Positions 1 through 8,974 are shown, counted from the stretch's first letter. The stretch is 64,000 nt of DNA from an uncultured virus (IMG/VR IMGVR_UViG_3300006213_002314) (IMGVR_UViG_3300006213_002314); one strand, 5' to 3'. The notes: generated from the sequence alone by a model not told the origin. Numbers and translations are program-made.

Positions 1-180
1 CTAGAAAAGATTCCTTTCTATTACCTGTCTCTGCTTTTTTTGTAGGAGAAAATCACCAACCATCTCATAAAAATTTCTTTGCTCTTCTGTTTCTGCCTCT
101 AGTACAAGCTGTAAAGTGTCTTCTGGCTGTAGCTTTTGTATATCTTCATAGATTTTTTCATATTTTTTAACATCACACAT
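1..180 (-). CDS. small hypothetical protein (59 aa), probably host gene flanking the prophage
   Basis: Read manually: ATG at 180 to TAG at 1-3 (MCDVKKYEKIYEDIQK...RNLF); AGGAGG RBS at 188-193; AT-rich surroundings. Confidence 0.6.
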   Translation of the reverse strand: MCDVKKYEKIYEDIQKLQPEDTLQLVLEAETEEQRNFYEMVGDFLLQKKQRQVIERNLF

Positions 181-245
181 AACATCACCTCCTTAATTCA
201 TATTACATTGAATTTATTATACCCCTAATCTCCTGAAAAGTTAAT

Positions 246-274
246 AAAAACTCCGCAGGAAAATCCTGCGGAGT
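246..274 (-). terminator. intrinsic terminator
   Basis: 11-bp stem ACTCCGCAGGA/TCCTGCGGAGT (250-274) followed by a T run on the minus strand. Confidence 0.7.
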
Positions 275-441
275 CCATATACTTGAATCTGTATAATTTT
301 TCTGCTTATCGTTTACAGAACTTCGGACATGGTACGAATGCCCTATTTTACTGCACAAAATCGCTGTCAATTATTCCGAGTGCTTCTTATTTGCTTTATA
401 CCCAGCACTCCTTTTAGTGACTCTCCAAGTCCGTCCTCAGT

Positions 442-681
442 TCACTCAGTCGCTCCATCATATACATACCCGGTTTCTTTCCAGAACTTCAATGGCGATA
501 TGTAATAGTCATACGTTGAGGACCCCTCTTTCTTAAAGGCAACTCCAAAATTCAAAAGCCCTTGTATGATTCCTTGCCGGACAAACTGCTTGTCTTTCTT
601 CATTACTCTCGCTGCCACCGCCACCGGCACGTTCTCTCCGCTAAACTTTGGTACTTCCAAATATACCTTTTTTTCTTCCAT
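442..681 (-). CDS. excisionase-like small DNA-binding protein
   Basis: 79 aa, HTH-like VPVAVAARVMKKDKQFVRQG...YYISP; last gene at the prophage end. Confidence 0.5.
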   Translation of the reverse strand: MEEKKVYLEVPKFSGENVPVAVAARVMKKDKQFVRQGIIQGLLNFGVAFKKEGSSTYDYYISPLKFWKETGYVYDGATE

Positions 682-701
682 TCGTCAACTACCCCTTTCT
701 G

Positions 702-947
702 TTATCTTCTAACCAATTTTTCAAATAGCCAATCCGCTAAATTAAGCATAAGCATTCCCGGAGCCAGCATTACCACTATAACAATGCAGAGAAAAGTAGC
801 TACTACTGTTGCAAAAAACTCGCCCTTCTTCGTTTCTTCGCACCACTCAACAGCCGGACACATTCCAGTAGCTCCATAGCACTCACCACTACATCCGTAT
901 TTTTCAGCCTTCTCGCTGATTTTATTTTTCTTTGCCCGCATCTGCAT
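702..947 (-). CDS. hypothetical protein with C-terminal hydrophobic helix
   Basis: ORF track; Cys-rich N-terminus and hydrophobic C-terminus. Confidence 0.55.
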   Translation of the reverse strand: MQMRAKKNKISEKAEKYGCSGECYGATGMCPAVEWCEETKKGEFFATVVATFLCIVIVVMLAPGMLMLNLADWLFEKLVRR

Positions 948-1221
948 CTTCTCCCTTTGTCTCTCTGTCTCCCTGTTTTTTTCTTTCGACAGCCTCTTTT
1001 ACTGCCGAAATGATAGCTTCTGCTTTCCTTTCTCCGATTCCTTTTACAGAAAGCAGCACATCTCGCATCTCGTTCTCAGTAAGTCCTTCCGCTGCCTTTT
1101 TTCCGTCACGGTAGGCATTTTTATAAAAGGCCTCCGCCCACAAGGTCATTTGACAATGATCCATCTTCCTAATTCTGGCCCAGAGCTTCCTCGGAAACTC
1201 AAATCCTTTTATCTTACCCAT
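922..1221 (-). CDS. helix-hairpin-helix domain protein
   Basis: LLSVKGIGERKAEAI HhH motif. Confidence 0.6.
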   Translation of the reverse strand: MGKIKGFEFPRKLWARIRKMDHCQMTLWAEAFYKNAYRDGKKAAEGLTENEMRDVLLSVKGIGERKAEAIISAVKEAVERKKQGDRETKGEDADAGKEK

Positions 1222-2774
1222 TACTGCTCCTCCGCCTTTTCATACAATTCATGAGTACCGTCCAGTACCTTCTTTTCGTCCTCACTCTCAAAATACCAAC
1301 CATACGGCTCCAGGGCCTCATATCCTTTCAGTAATGCGCTTCCCTTTTCCTGTTTGAACCTGCCCTGCCAATCGTATGTCTCGTTTGTGCTCTTCATGGT
1401 ATCGTTCAGAATAATCATCATCTGATGGAGCGTACTGAGGCCATCTACTTTTTTCTGTGCTTCCTGTTTTTCCTCGTCTGTACACTGATACTCGTCTTTG
1501 CTGAGGAAAAAGCGCCTCAGTGTTGATCCGTATGCATATGCACCAAGACAGATCATTGCCTGCCAGATCGCATCTTCCACCTTTCCCTCGTCTTTTACGG
1601 CATCAATCTTTCCGGAAATAATGTTCTCAATAAATTCCTTCCGTCTGGCAGAACTCTCTCTGAGGATTGCCTTAATCCGCTTCTTTTTCTTATCTTTCTC
1701 CTTCTGCGCAAGCTCAGCCTCAGAAAGCTGTCTTTTTTCCTTTGGAGCTTTTACGATAACCTTCAGACTTCTGTACCATATCACATACAGTAGCTCTCCC
1801 TCTTCTTTCGGAAGCTTGATCTGTTTTGGAACGTCCTTATCCAACTCAAACTCTTTCACGGTTTTCCATTTGCCGGTCCATTGCTCGTTTTCCACTTCTT
1901 TCGGCGCCTTTTTGACCCCGAGCTTTTTCAGCATACCGGCGATAATTTTGGAGTTTTCAGCCCGCTTTGCCTCAGATACCGCACTTTGCGCCCGACTGAC
2001 AAGGTCTCTGGAGCTATTGGCTTCTTTCAAAATCTTATTTCTCACCTTGATATCCTTGACTTTCTCCAATTCATATAAGTCCTTCAAGGTCAGCTGGAAA
2101 CTATCGTCCTTTTCCTTTTTCTTCAATTCCTTTTGATCCAGCTTCGCAATATTTAACCGGTGTCGAATCGTTGTCTTGCTAAATCCGGTTTTCTCAGCTA
2201 TGCTATCTTCTGTCTCTCCCAAATCAAGCATAAGTTGGAATCCCTGCGCCTGCTCATAAATTGTCAGGTCGTTCCGCTGCATATTTTCTTCCAGCATCGT
2301 TGACAGCTGCTCCCTCTGACTCATTCCTTCCACAATCCTGCAAGGCAATTCTGTAAGTCCCGCCATCTGCGCTGCGCCGTGTCTTCGGTTTCCGATCAGC
2401 GCATAATATTCTCCAGTCTTGCCTTCGATCGGTACAACCGTAAGATTCTGCAAGCACCCATTTTTCTTGAGCGATTCTGCCAGTTCTGTCAAATCACCCA
2501 GCTCTTTTCTCGGATTTTCCGGATGCGTGTGTATGTGATCCACTCCGATATAAACAATGTTTCTTTCTTCTGTTCCCATGATTTCCTCCTTTTGACTCTC
2601 TGCCCCGCTTTTAATCTTTTCCCATAGCATCAGTGCTTCTTTCTTTGTGGGCTTCATATATGTTCCAGCTCCGCAAGACGGGCAACTTATATAACTGCCA
2701 ACCCCGCACACAACTACTCTGGCCTGTTTGCCGCATATGCAAGGAACCATTTCATAACGTTCCATACCTACCAA
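1221..2774 (-). CDS. ParB/Spo0J-family protein with N-terminal Lar-like zinc-finger segment
   Basis: HPENPRKE...LQNLTVVP...IGNRRHGAA...EENMQRNDL and HTH (IAEKTGFSKTTIRHRL); CxC...CxxCG at N-terminus; internal ATG at 2579 with AGGAGG RBS. Confidence 0.8.
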   Translation of the reverse strand: MVGMERYEMVPCICGKQARVVVCGVGSYISCPSCGAGTYMKPTKKEALMLWEKIKSGAESQKEEIMGTEERNIVYIGVDHIHTHPENPRKELGDLTELAESLKKNGCLQNLTVVPIEGKTGEYYALIGNRRHGAAQMAGLTELPCRIVEGMSQREQLSTMLEENMQRNDLTIYEQAQGFQLMLDLGETEDSIAEKTGFSKTTIRHRLNIAKLDQKELKKKEKDDSFQLTLKDLYELEKVKDIKVRNKILKEANSSRDLVSRAQSAVSEAKRAENSKIIAGMLKKLGVKKAPKEVENEQWTGKWKTVKEFELDKDVPKQIKLPKEEGELLYVIWYRSLKVIVKAPKEKRQLSEAELAQKEKDKKKKRIKAILRESSARRKEFIENIISGKIDAVKDEGKVEDAIWQAMICLGAYAYGSTLRRFFLSKDEYQCTDEEKQEAQKKVDGLSTLHQMMIILNDTMKSTNETYDWQGRFKQEKGSALLKGYEALEPYGWYFESEDEKKVLDGTHELYEKAEEQ

Positions 2775-3673
2775 TACCTTTCGCTCTCCTCCAGGATAAA
2801 CGCAAAATCATCATCCGAACTATACCCCAAATCTACCAGGGTATCTGCTTGCTTCTTTGTGATCCTCATTTTTTCGGCGTAAATCCGTTTCTTCCAGTTG
2901 TCCGGCGTATATGGAGCGTCCCTAAAAATCTTCACCCATCCTTTTTCTTCCAGTGTCCTTTCCGGGGAAAATGTACTATACCCATATTCTTCACAAAGCA
3001 TTTCAGCCGCCTGGTAATGTCCTTCAAATCCAGTATTAAATGTATCTCCGTCTGGAGAAATCCACCCAAAACCAAACTCCGAAGAATTTTTAGGGAAGCA
3101 CTGCTCCCTTGTAAGTGGCTCCTGGTTCTCTGGCACTTCGATGATTTCTACAAAGTTCTTTTCAACTGGGTAAAAGCTACACCGACCTCCGGCACTATTT
3201 ACTACTATAGGAAGCCTTTCCCGAGCAATGTGCCTCCATCCCAAAACACCCCTGCTAAGAAATAGTTCTTCATCAATCTTGTCGAAATATTCCATTGCAT
3301 ATAATCCGACTTTTCCCCGATACACTGCATATTTTAATATTCTCTCCGCATCTACTATATCCAGAATATAATATGCCTTTCCCCGTTCAGCTCCCCATTC
3401 TTCTCTTCCAAACCCGGCCCGAAGTCTGCATTTCGCAACAAACTTTGCACTGTTCTTGCCGTAACCATTCCGGAATATAATTTTCTGCACTGGCTCCTTC
3501 CTGATTTCTTCCGGAACGGTATCTCCTTGAAGCAAAACTCCATCCACCCAAATTGCGCCAAAAAGATTCAGCAACCGATTATCGTAATATTCTTTAATCT
3601 CCCGGTACTCTTCTTTTTTCTCTCCGGATAGGATCAGGTCAAACCATTGTTTTTTTATTGTTAATGTAAGCAT
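2768..3673 (-). CDS. ASCH-domain protein with uncharacterised C-terminal domain
   Basis: LTLTIKKQWFDLILSGEKKEEYRE...IIFRNGYG ASCH signature. Confidence 0.7.
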   Translation of the reverse strand: MLTLTIKKQWFDLILSGEKKEEYREIKEYYDNRLLNLFGAIWVDGVLLQGDTVPEEIRKEPVQKIIFRNGYGKNSAKFVAKCRLRAGFGREEWGAERGKAYYILDIVDAERILKYAVYRGKVGLYAMEYFDKIDEELFLSRGVLGWRHIARERLPIVVNSAGGRCSFYPVEKNFVEIIEVPENQEPLTREQCFPKNSSEFGFGWISPDGDTFNTGFEGHYQAAEMLCEEYGYSTFSPERTLEEKGWVKIFRDAPYTPDNWKKRIYAEKMRITKKQADTLVDLGYSSDDDFAFILEESERYW

Positions 3674-3692
3674 CGCTTCCTCCCTTCAATCA

Positions 3693-3712
3693 TGGCGGCT
3701 TCCCAGCCGCCA
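3693..3712 (-). promoter_or_regulatory. DGR target hairpin downstream of VR2
   Basis: TGGCGGCT-GGGA-AGCCGCCA on minus strand, 8-bp stem, 32 nt past the end of VR2. Confidence 0.8.
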
Positions 3713-3718
3713 CATCAG

Positions 3719-4906
3719 TTACTCAGTTTTCCGTTTTCTGAAATAAGCGGAGCGGAAGCCGAGGTTGCTGTTGGCGTAGGACCGGGGGTTGTAGAGGTTC
3801 ACGTGGAACACGCCAGCATTGGAAGTGTGGCTCCAGCAGCCCCCGCAGAGCGGCAAATATTCGCCGTTAGTGCTGTCAATATAACAATATGCCTTTGGCT
3901 CTCCGGAAAACATAGCCAGCTCTTTCAAGCGTTCAGACTCGCATTTAATTGTCACATTCTCCCATCTGTCACCGGTGTATCCTTCCTTTGCAACACCCTC
4001 GCTTTTAATGGTAATTTCTCCGGCTTCCACAGATACAGCTATTGCTCTTCCATTCTTATCGTCCAGAATCGGCTTCCAGTTTTTGCTATTCTCTGATAAG
4101 TCAATATCCAGGGCTGCATCATTGTTTTTGCAGGCTTCCAAAACTCCATCCTTAATCCGAAATCCTCTCACCATTTCCAAAACATTTCCGCATAAATCAT
4201 GCACTCCTTCAGGGGTATGATCGTGCGTCCACGTTGCCGGCCCTGATCCAGTCAGTGTTATTGTTCCGTTGCCTGCATCTACGCCCTTCTCTTCTGTGTC
4301 CTCATGGCATTTCCCATAATTCGTGTTTCCATGAGGCAATGTGCCGTTCTTTAAGCTGAGGTTTGCCAGCAATCCCCATTCCGGACGTGTCATAAGATGC
4401 CATCCCTCTCCCTTGGAGAAGCAAGCCTTTGCGGCATCATCATTCGTGATATTGGTCCACGGCTTCTGGTAAGGCAGGCTGTACGGCTTTCCGTTTATTT
4501 CGCAGTTTTCATACACAGATATGTAAATTTCATCATATTCATCATCCCCAATAATAAACGCTGCATTTGTCTTATCGCTTCCTCCGAACAATTCCTTATT
4601 TGTGATCTTTCTGAATCTGTGCATGATTGACGGAATACCAGCTTCATCGTAGATTGCTACAACGTCATGCTCCATTCCTCCGGGAATCTCTTTTGACTCT
4701 GAGATTGGCTCTGTGATCCCTTTCCTCTTTTCATCCGGAAGAGTAACGCCTCCTCCCATCAGGAAAATTGGAAGCACAATCTCCTGTTCGCCCTTAGCGT
4801 ATCCTTCAATACACTTTTTGATTGCTCCGGCCTGTCCTGCTACAAAAGCATCCTCTCCTTTAATTTTCAAGCTAAAGTCTTCGCTCTGAAATTCCATCTT
4901 TGCCAT
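3719..4906 (-). CDS. DGR target protein 2 (FGE-sulfatase/C-type-lectin-fold family), remote target
   Basis: Paralog of 20797..21864 (YSLP..P, GWHLM, KNGT.P.GN.N.G, TGSGP.TW.H, G..DL.GNV.E); C-terminal VR ending LGFRSA. Confidence 0.9.
   Translation of the reverse strand: MAKMEFQSEDFSLKIKGEDAFVAGQAGAIKKCIEGYAKGEQEIVLPIFLMGGGVTLPDEKRKGITEPISESKEIPGGMEHDVVAIYDEAGIPSIMHRFRKITNKELFGGSDKTNAAFIIGDDEYDEIYISVYENCEINGKPYSLPYQKPWTNITNDDAAKACFSKGEGWHLMTRPEWGLLANLSLKNGTLPHGNTNYGKCHEDTEEKGVDAGNGTITLTGSGPATWTHDHTPEGVHDLCGNVLEMVRGFRIKDGVLEACKNNDAALDIDLSENSKNWKPILDDKNGRAIAVSVEAGEITIKSEGVAKEGYTGDRWENVTIKCESERLKELAMFSGEPKAYCYIDSTNGEYLPLCGGCWSHTSNAGVFHVNLYNPRSYANSNLGFRSAYFRKRKTE
3745..3857 (-). repeat. DGR variable repeat VR2
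   Basis: 113 bp aligned to TR 20158-20270 with 9 mismatches, all at TR adenines (coding strand). Confidence 0.95.
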
Positions 4907-4922
4907 TCTTTTTTCCTCCTTC

Positions 4923-5615
4923 TTAAACTGCTGCTAATGCTCTATTCGCAAGCGCCTCAAATACCTTGAATCCATAAATAAATCCCTGCATCTCCGCCTC
5001 TACTGCTACTCCCATAACTGCATCTTCCAGATTATTCATGTCCGCCGTAGCAACATTGGCTTTTCTCATTGCCTGGTAAAACTCCTCGTACTTCACACTT
5101 AGTTCCTCTATCTCACGGTTTTCAATCGCCGGCCCGGTCACGAACTTATCAAACAGCTCCTTTATGTACCCACATTCTGATCTGGAGCGCCCCTGCATAA
5201 GGATAATCTTCTGACTTCCTACTGGCTTTCCATGAAATATCTGTTCAATTCGCTCTTTAAATTTTTCCATTCCGTCCACAAATGCCTTACTTCTTTTTTC
5301 TTCCGAGCAAATCTTATCTGCATACAGCTTGCATCCCTCTTCTGTCAACTTCCAGATCGGATGCTTCCTTCCATTTCGGTATTCCCGCTGTGCAATTTCA
5401 AACTCCATTTTCTCCTGATCTGTTGCCTCCGCTGTTACAAACCTTGATATACGGTTAAATATCCGTGTGTGCGTACACTGAAAAATTTCTGCCATCTCCC
5501 AGCTTGTCATAGGTTCTGTCTCCTGTCTTTCCGCTTCGCCATCTGCAATCCGCTTGATGATCTCTGCGATTTTTTCAGCCTGATCCTTACTGATGTTCAA
5601 CACCATTTCATTCAC
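4923..5615 (-). CDS. Rha-family phage regulatory protein
   Basis: MTSWEMAEIF..TH..I...I...YRNGRKHPIWKLTEEGC; probable GTG start at 5615 with GGAGG RBS. Confidence 0.65.
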   Translation of the reverse strand: MNEMVLNISKDQAEKIAEIIKRIADGEAERQETEPMTSWEMAEIFQCTHTRIFNRISRFVTAEATDQEKMEFEIAQREYRNGRKHPIWKLTEEGCKLYADKICSEEKRSKAFVDGMEKFKERIEQIFHGKPVGSQKIILMQGRSRSECGYIKELFDKFVTGPAIENREIEELSVKYEEFYQAMRKANVATADMNNLEDAVMGVAVEAEMQGFIYGFKVFEALANRALAAV

Positions 5616-5869
5616 GATTTTCTCACCTCCTCTCTCAATACTCCAAGAAGAGGATGCCACGGCCTTGCTCCCCTGATCCGTTTCACGATTCTTTCCAGAT
5701 CAATATCAGATTTCTTAACCCACCGAAGTTTTCCGGCTTTCACGCTGTCTTTTTTCAAAATTTTATCGTGAAATCCATCTGTTACCTTGATACTGTCAAT
5801 TCCGCAATCCCGATCAGTATATGCCACACACTGTTTTGCGCCGTATAAGCAATATCCAAAAATTTTCAT
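5612..5869 (-). CDS. hypothetical protein
   Basis: ORF track; overlaps both neighbours by 4 nt. Confidence 0.6.
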   Translation of the reverse strand: MKIFGYCLYGAKQCVAYTDRDCGIDSIKVTDGFHDKILKKDSVKAGKLRWVKKSDIDLERIVKRIRGARPWHPLLGVLREEVRKS

Positions 5870-6189
5870 AAGGCTCCCTCCTCTACGTTTCTATCTTTGC
5901 CAGCGAAACAGTTTCCGCAATATCTCCAGATTCCTTTATCCACCTTTGTGAAAGTAGCATAGGTTGCCTGATATTTTCCGGTTTCAGGATTCAGGCAATG
6001 GCTATGCGGTTCTCCCACCTGCAGATACCCATAACTCATGCTTCTCGGTGGAAGGATATCCAGGAAATAGTCATACACTCCTTCGTCCACCAAATCTCCA
6101 GGCCTGCAATACTTATCCCAGCTCGTATTTCCTGATGATCCGATGCTGTCAGCCCAAGCCTACCAGCCTTCGATTGTCTTAATTTCCAT
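5866..6189 (-). pseudogene. hypothetical gene interrupted by in-frame TAG at codon 10
   Basis: ATG 6189 reads MEIKTIEGW*AWADSIG...DLVDEGVYDYF, in frame with ORF 5866..6093; TAG at 6160-6162. Confidence 0.55.
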
Positions 6190-6439
6190 TCTGTCCTTGT
6201 TGTTCTCGCTCATTTTCTTCTCTCCTTTCGCATATTGCGATATAATCCCTCACATGAAAACCATTGATAATATTGACAGCCTGCAACTCAGTCAGTTTGC
6301 AGCGGTTCTGCAATTCAATTCTCAGCTTTCTGCGTTCCCCAACATCCTGCCTACTCTTGTCAGGAAGATTTCTGGCCCTGCTTATATACTCATTTGCTAT
6401 CTGCATCGTCAACATCTCCGCCGCATTTCCAGGTGTCAC
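6179..6439 (-). CDS. hypothetical protein
   Basis: ORF track; coupled to neighbours. Confidence 0.6.
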   Translation of the reverse strand: MTPGNAAEMLTMQIANEYISRARNLPDKSRQDVGERRKLRIELQNRCKLTELQAVNIINGFHVRDYIAICERREENEREQQGQNGN

Positions 6440-7362
6440 GCTTCTGCCTCCTGCATTTTCTCCATTTGCTCAATAACTCTTTTTAGTGCATATTCAGAAT
6501 TTCCGTTGAGATGCCTCTGCCAAGCTCCATTGGAGGGTGCCCAGCGAAAACCATTACTTTTCAGAATCTCCCGGATTTCCGGCTCTGGTTTACCTTCAAA
6601 AATTATCTGCAGGCGCATCGCCTCCGCATTCCGGACAACTTTGAAGAACTCGTTCTCTGTTTCCTGCGTTCCTTTAGCCTTTACCGTCTTCAACCTTTTC
6701 AGCCGATCCTCTATCCGATGGATATTAGCATTATTATTCTGGAGAGCATAATCCGGAAACCCCACTCTTCCGCAGAAATCCGGCTCTCTCAGCTGCTTTA
6801 TCTGATCGTCTGAGTACCCCATATCCCTCAGTGCCTCATTTCCCTTTTTAGCATCTTTCAGACGAAGCGCCTTATTCGCCGCCTTCATTGCCGCCTGATT
6901 CTCCTTCAAGCCTTCCAGCTTTTCCTCCAGTTTCTCAACCGCCTTTTCATCGTCCGACTTGATGATGTTCTTGCCGTGCAGAATGGCCTCCATTTTTCTA
7001 AGGATGCCCTGAATCTCCTTAAACTGCTGATAATTCTTATCTGCTGCGGCATTCTGCTTTTCCTTCTTTCTTACCGGAAAATTACCGGCACCGGAAATCA
7101 TCACGGACGGGCACATACACCCGATACGGCTGCTCGCATTCATATTCTCTGCCATTTTTCGTGAATATCTCTCTGCCAGCCGGTATGCTCTTTCCGCCTC
7201 GTCAGGTCGTTCCTCTGCTACCTTATCAGCCAGATCATAAGCCCGGTCTACGTATCCACGGTACTCGGCCGTTTTACTGCCCTCCTGGTAATCTCCAAAC
7301 GACATCATATCGTGCGCTGTCTTGGCCGCCGCCTCATTGATTGAATAATAAACTCTCTTCAT
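6436..7362 (-). CDS. conserved mobile-element protein (polyvalent-protein-associated type)
   Basis: SVMISGAGNFPVRKKEK and RLQIIFEGKP...LKSNGFRWAPSNGAWQR motifs recalled from phage/ICE accessory proteins. Confidence 0.55.
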   Translation of the reverse strand: MKRVYYSINEAAAKTAHDMMSFGDYQEGSKTAEYRGYVDRAYDLADKVAEERPDEAERAYRLAERYSRKMAENMNASSRIGCMCPSVMISGAGNFPVRKKEKQNAAADKNYQQFKEIQGILRKMEAILHGKNIIKSDDEKAVEKLEEKLEGLKENQAAMKAANKALRLKDAKKGNEALRDMGYSDDQIKQLREPDFCGRVGFPDYALQNNNANIHRIEDRLKRLKTVKAKGTQETENEFFKVVRNAEAMRLQIIFEGKPEPEIREILKSNGFRWAPSNGAWQRHLNGNSEYALKRVIEQMEKMQEAEA

Positions 7363-7559
7363 TATGCTGATTCCTCCAATCTTTCCCTATGTTTTGTCAT
7401 GCGAACTTCACATTTTCCGTATGCCTGCAGATTCTCCCTATACTCCCGTAAGGAACGCCTTGCATCCGCTCTTGTATATTCGCTGTTCTCAGTCTCCCAG
7501 CCATAGCCATAATTGGTTTCGATGTCCCACCGATCCCTTGTCTTTCTCTGATATGCCAT
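7362..7559 (-). CDS. hypothetical protein
   Basis: ORF track; RBS present. Confidence 0.6.
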   Translation of the reverse strand: MAYQRKTRDRWDIETNYGYGWETENSEYTRADARRSLREYRENLQAYGKCEVRMTKHRERLEESA

Positions 7560-7562
7560 GCC

Positions 7563-7880
7563 TTATTCCTCCTCGTATTTTCTCAGCTCCTCCATATTGA
7601 AGAGCACTGCCGGATAGTTGCAGTAACCGCTCCGCTTCACATATCCGCTCTCCTCGCCCAACTGATACTCCCGAATGAAATTCAGCACCCACGGACAATT
7701 ATTTGTGTCAACATACGCTTCATTCTCTCTCAAGAACGGATCAGACAAACACACAGTCAATCTCGCAATGCTTCCGTCCTTCCGATTCCAGGCCTCAATA
7801 GCCAGGCTATCGTCTGCTACATACTTCCCGATTTTCAGATACGCTCCTTCGTAGGTTCTAAACTCTGTCTCAATTCTCAT
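7563..7880 (-). CDS. DUF4313-like protein
   Basis: LTVCL...EAYVDTNNCPW...FI....LG...G...SGYCNYP; start placed at ATG 7880. Confidence 0.6.
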   Translation of the reverse strand: MRIETEFRTYEGAYLKIGKYVADDSLAIEAWNRKDGSIARLTVCLSDPFLRENEAYVDTNNCPWVLNFIREYQLGEESGYVKRSGYCNYPAVLFNMEELRKYEEE

Positions 7881-8120
7881 TCTGCTTCCTCCTGTTCTCC
7901 ACACATATCCTCTGCCATTGCGAGGCACTGATAATACATATCCTTTTCTTCCAAAGCACCTCCCAACAAGTCTTTCGTAACCAAGCTGCAAGCTGAGCAG
8001 CCACTACATTTTTCTTCGCTTACCGGATATTTCATATATGCTCCTCCTTTTTTTCGATTCTGCGAACATCTTATTTCTCACAATCTCGTATTTGCGAGTC
8101 TTTCAGGTAAAAAAATATGC

Positions 8121-8411
8121 CTACTTCCAGTCCAGTTCTCTGAGTTCCTGCGCCTCTTTCATATATCCGCTGTCCTGAAGAAGCCAGATCAGATATTGAA
8201 CTATATCATTGTCAAATGGCATCCCGCAATCATTCATGCTATACACATCATCCATGACCTCTCTCACCATTCTCGGATCATGCCTCTCGATCATGCTTCC
8301 TGCGATGTGCTGAACTTTATGCTGTGCGAATCTCCATTTTGCTGAGTCCATATCATAGCTGTCTCTCTCACTCAGTGCCGCTCTGTAATCATTCATGCTA
8401 TACATAATCAA
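8121..8411 (-). CDS. hypothetical protein
   Basis: ORF track; AGGAGG RBS. Confidence 0.65.
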   Translation of the reverse strand: MIMYSMNDYRAALSERDSYDMDSAKWRFAQHKVQHIAGSMIERHDPRMVREVMDDVYSMNDCGMPFDNDIVQYLIWLLQDSGYMKEAQELRELDWK

Positions 8412-8440
8412 ATCCTCCTGTCTTAAAGTTTGGATACCTG

Positions 8441-8668
8441 TTATTTCAGCAGGTACTCTAACATCTGCTTCTGTTCTGCCAACTTTCCTATCTCTGCCCT
8501 GCGTCTTGCAATTTCTTCGATTTTCCCGGGAAGGAAAGTCTCAATGTGGTAAGCATCGTATGTAGCCGCTGAGTTTTTAAAATCTTCAACTGCCTTGTTT
8601 AAATCTTCCATCTTCCATTCCATCCTTCTTTCAATGCTCTTGATCTCTTCTCTGATTTTTCCTTCCAT
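8441..8668 (-). CDS. hypothetical coiled-coil protein, first gene after promoter copy 1
   Basis: ORF track; GGAGG RBS. Confidence 0.65.
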   Translation of the reverse strand: MEGKIREEIKSIERRMEWKMEDLNKAVEDFKNSAATYDAYHIETFLPGKIEEIARRRAEIGKLAEQKQMLEYLLK

Positions 8669-8684
8669 CTCTGTATCCTCCGTG

Positions 8685-8761
8685 GTTTTATTTGTTGTTT
8701 GATTATGTATATATTATAACTCGCACTTGCGAGTTTGTCAAGTGTTTTACTTCTATTTTTC
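8685..8761 (-). promoter_or_regulatory. consensus sigma-70/SigA promoter with operator palindrome (repeat copy 1)
   Basis: TTGACA (8736-8741), 17 nt, TATAAT (8713-8718); palindrome AACTCGCA-CT-TGCGAGTT at 8718-8735; 76/77 identical to 15205-15281. Confidence 0.9.
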
Positions 8762-8974
8762 GAGTTTTTTACGTGCTACTATCTCGTATCCGAGAGCTGA
8801 CACCATTCTCTCAAAGCTGTCATAACGCATACTTTTTATTCCCCTGTTCAGAAAATCGCTTACATTCTGCCGGGTAACTCCCATCTTATCTGCTAACTCT
8901 CTCTGATTAAGGTCTTCGATTTCGAGGATTTCTCTAATAGCTTCTGCTGCTCCCTTATTGCAGATTACTTCCAA
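8753..8974 (-). CDS. XRE-family HTH protein
   Basis: LNQRELADKMGVTRQNVSDFLNRG. Confidence 0.8.
   Translation of the reverse strand: MEVICNKGAAEAIREILEIEDLNQRELADKMGVTRQNVSDFLNRGIKSMRYDSFERMVSALGYEIVARKKLEK

Noticed and set aside
3795..3810. parS-like sequence (TGTTCCACGTGAACCT, minus strand) inside VR2
   Set aside because: It has two mismatches to the consensus and lies in coding, diversified sequence, so it is probably chance.
4673..4681. Internal start (GGAGGA-ATG) at the domain boundary of DGR target 2
   Set aside because: The Shine-Dalgarno-like sequence abuts the ATG with no spacer, so initiation there is unlikely.
6160..6162. Genome-wide TAG stop-codon reassignment
   Set aside because: Many genes end cleanly at TAG (e.g. 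8121, 10677, 14920, 25721) and long genes are not fragmented. No suppressor tRNA was seen.
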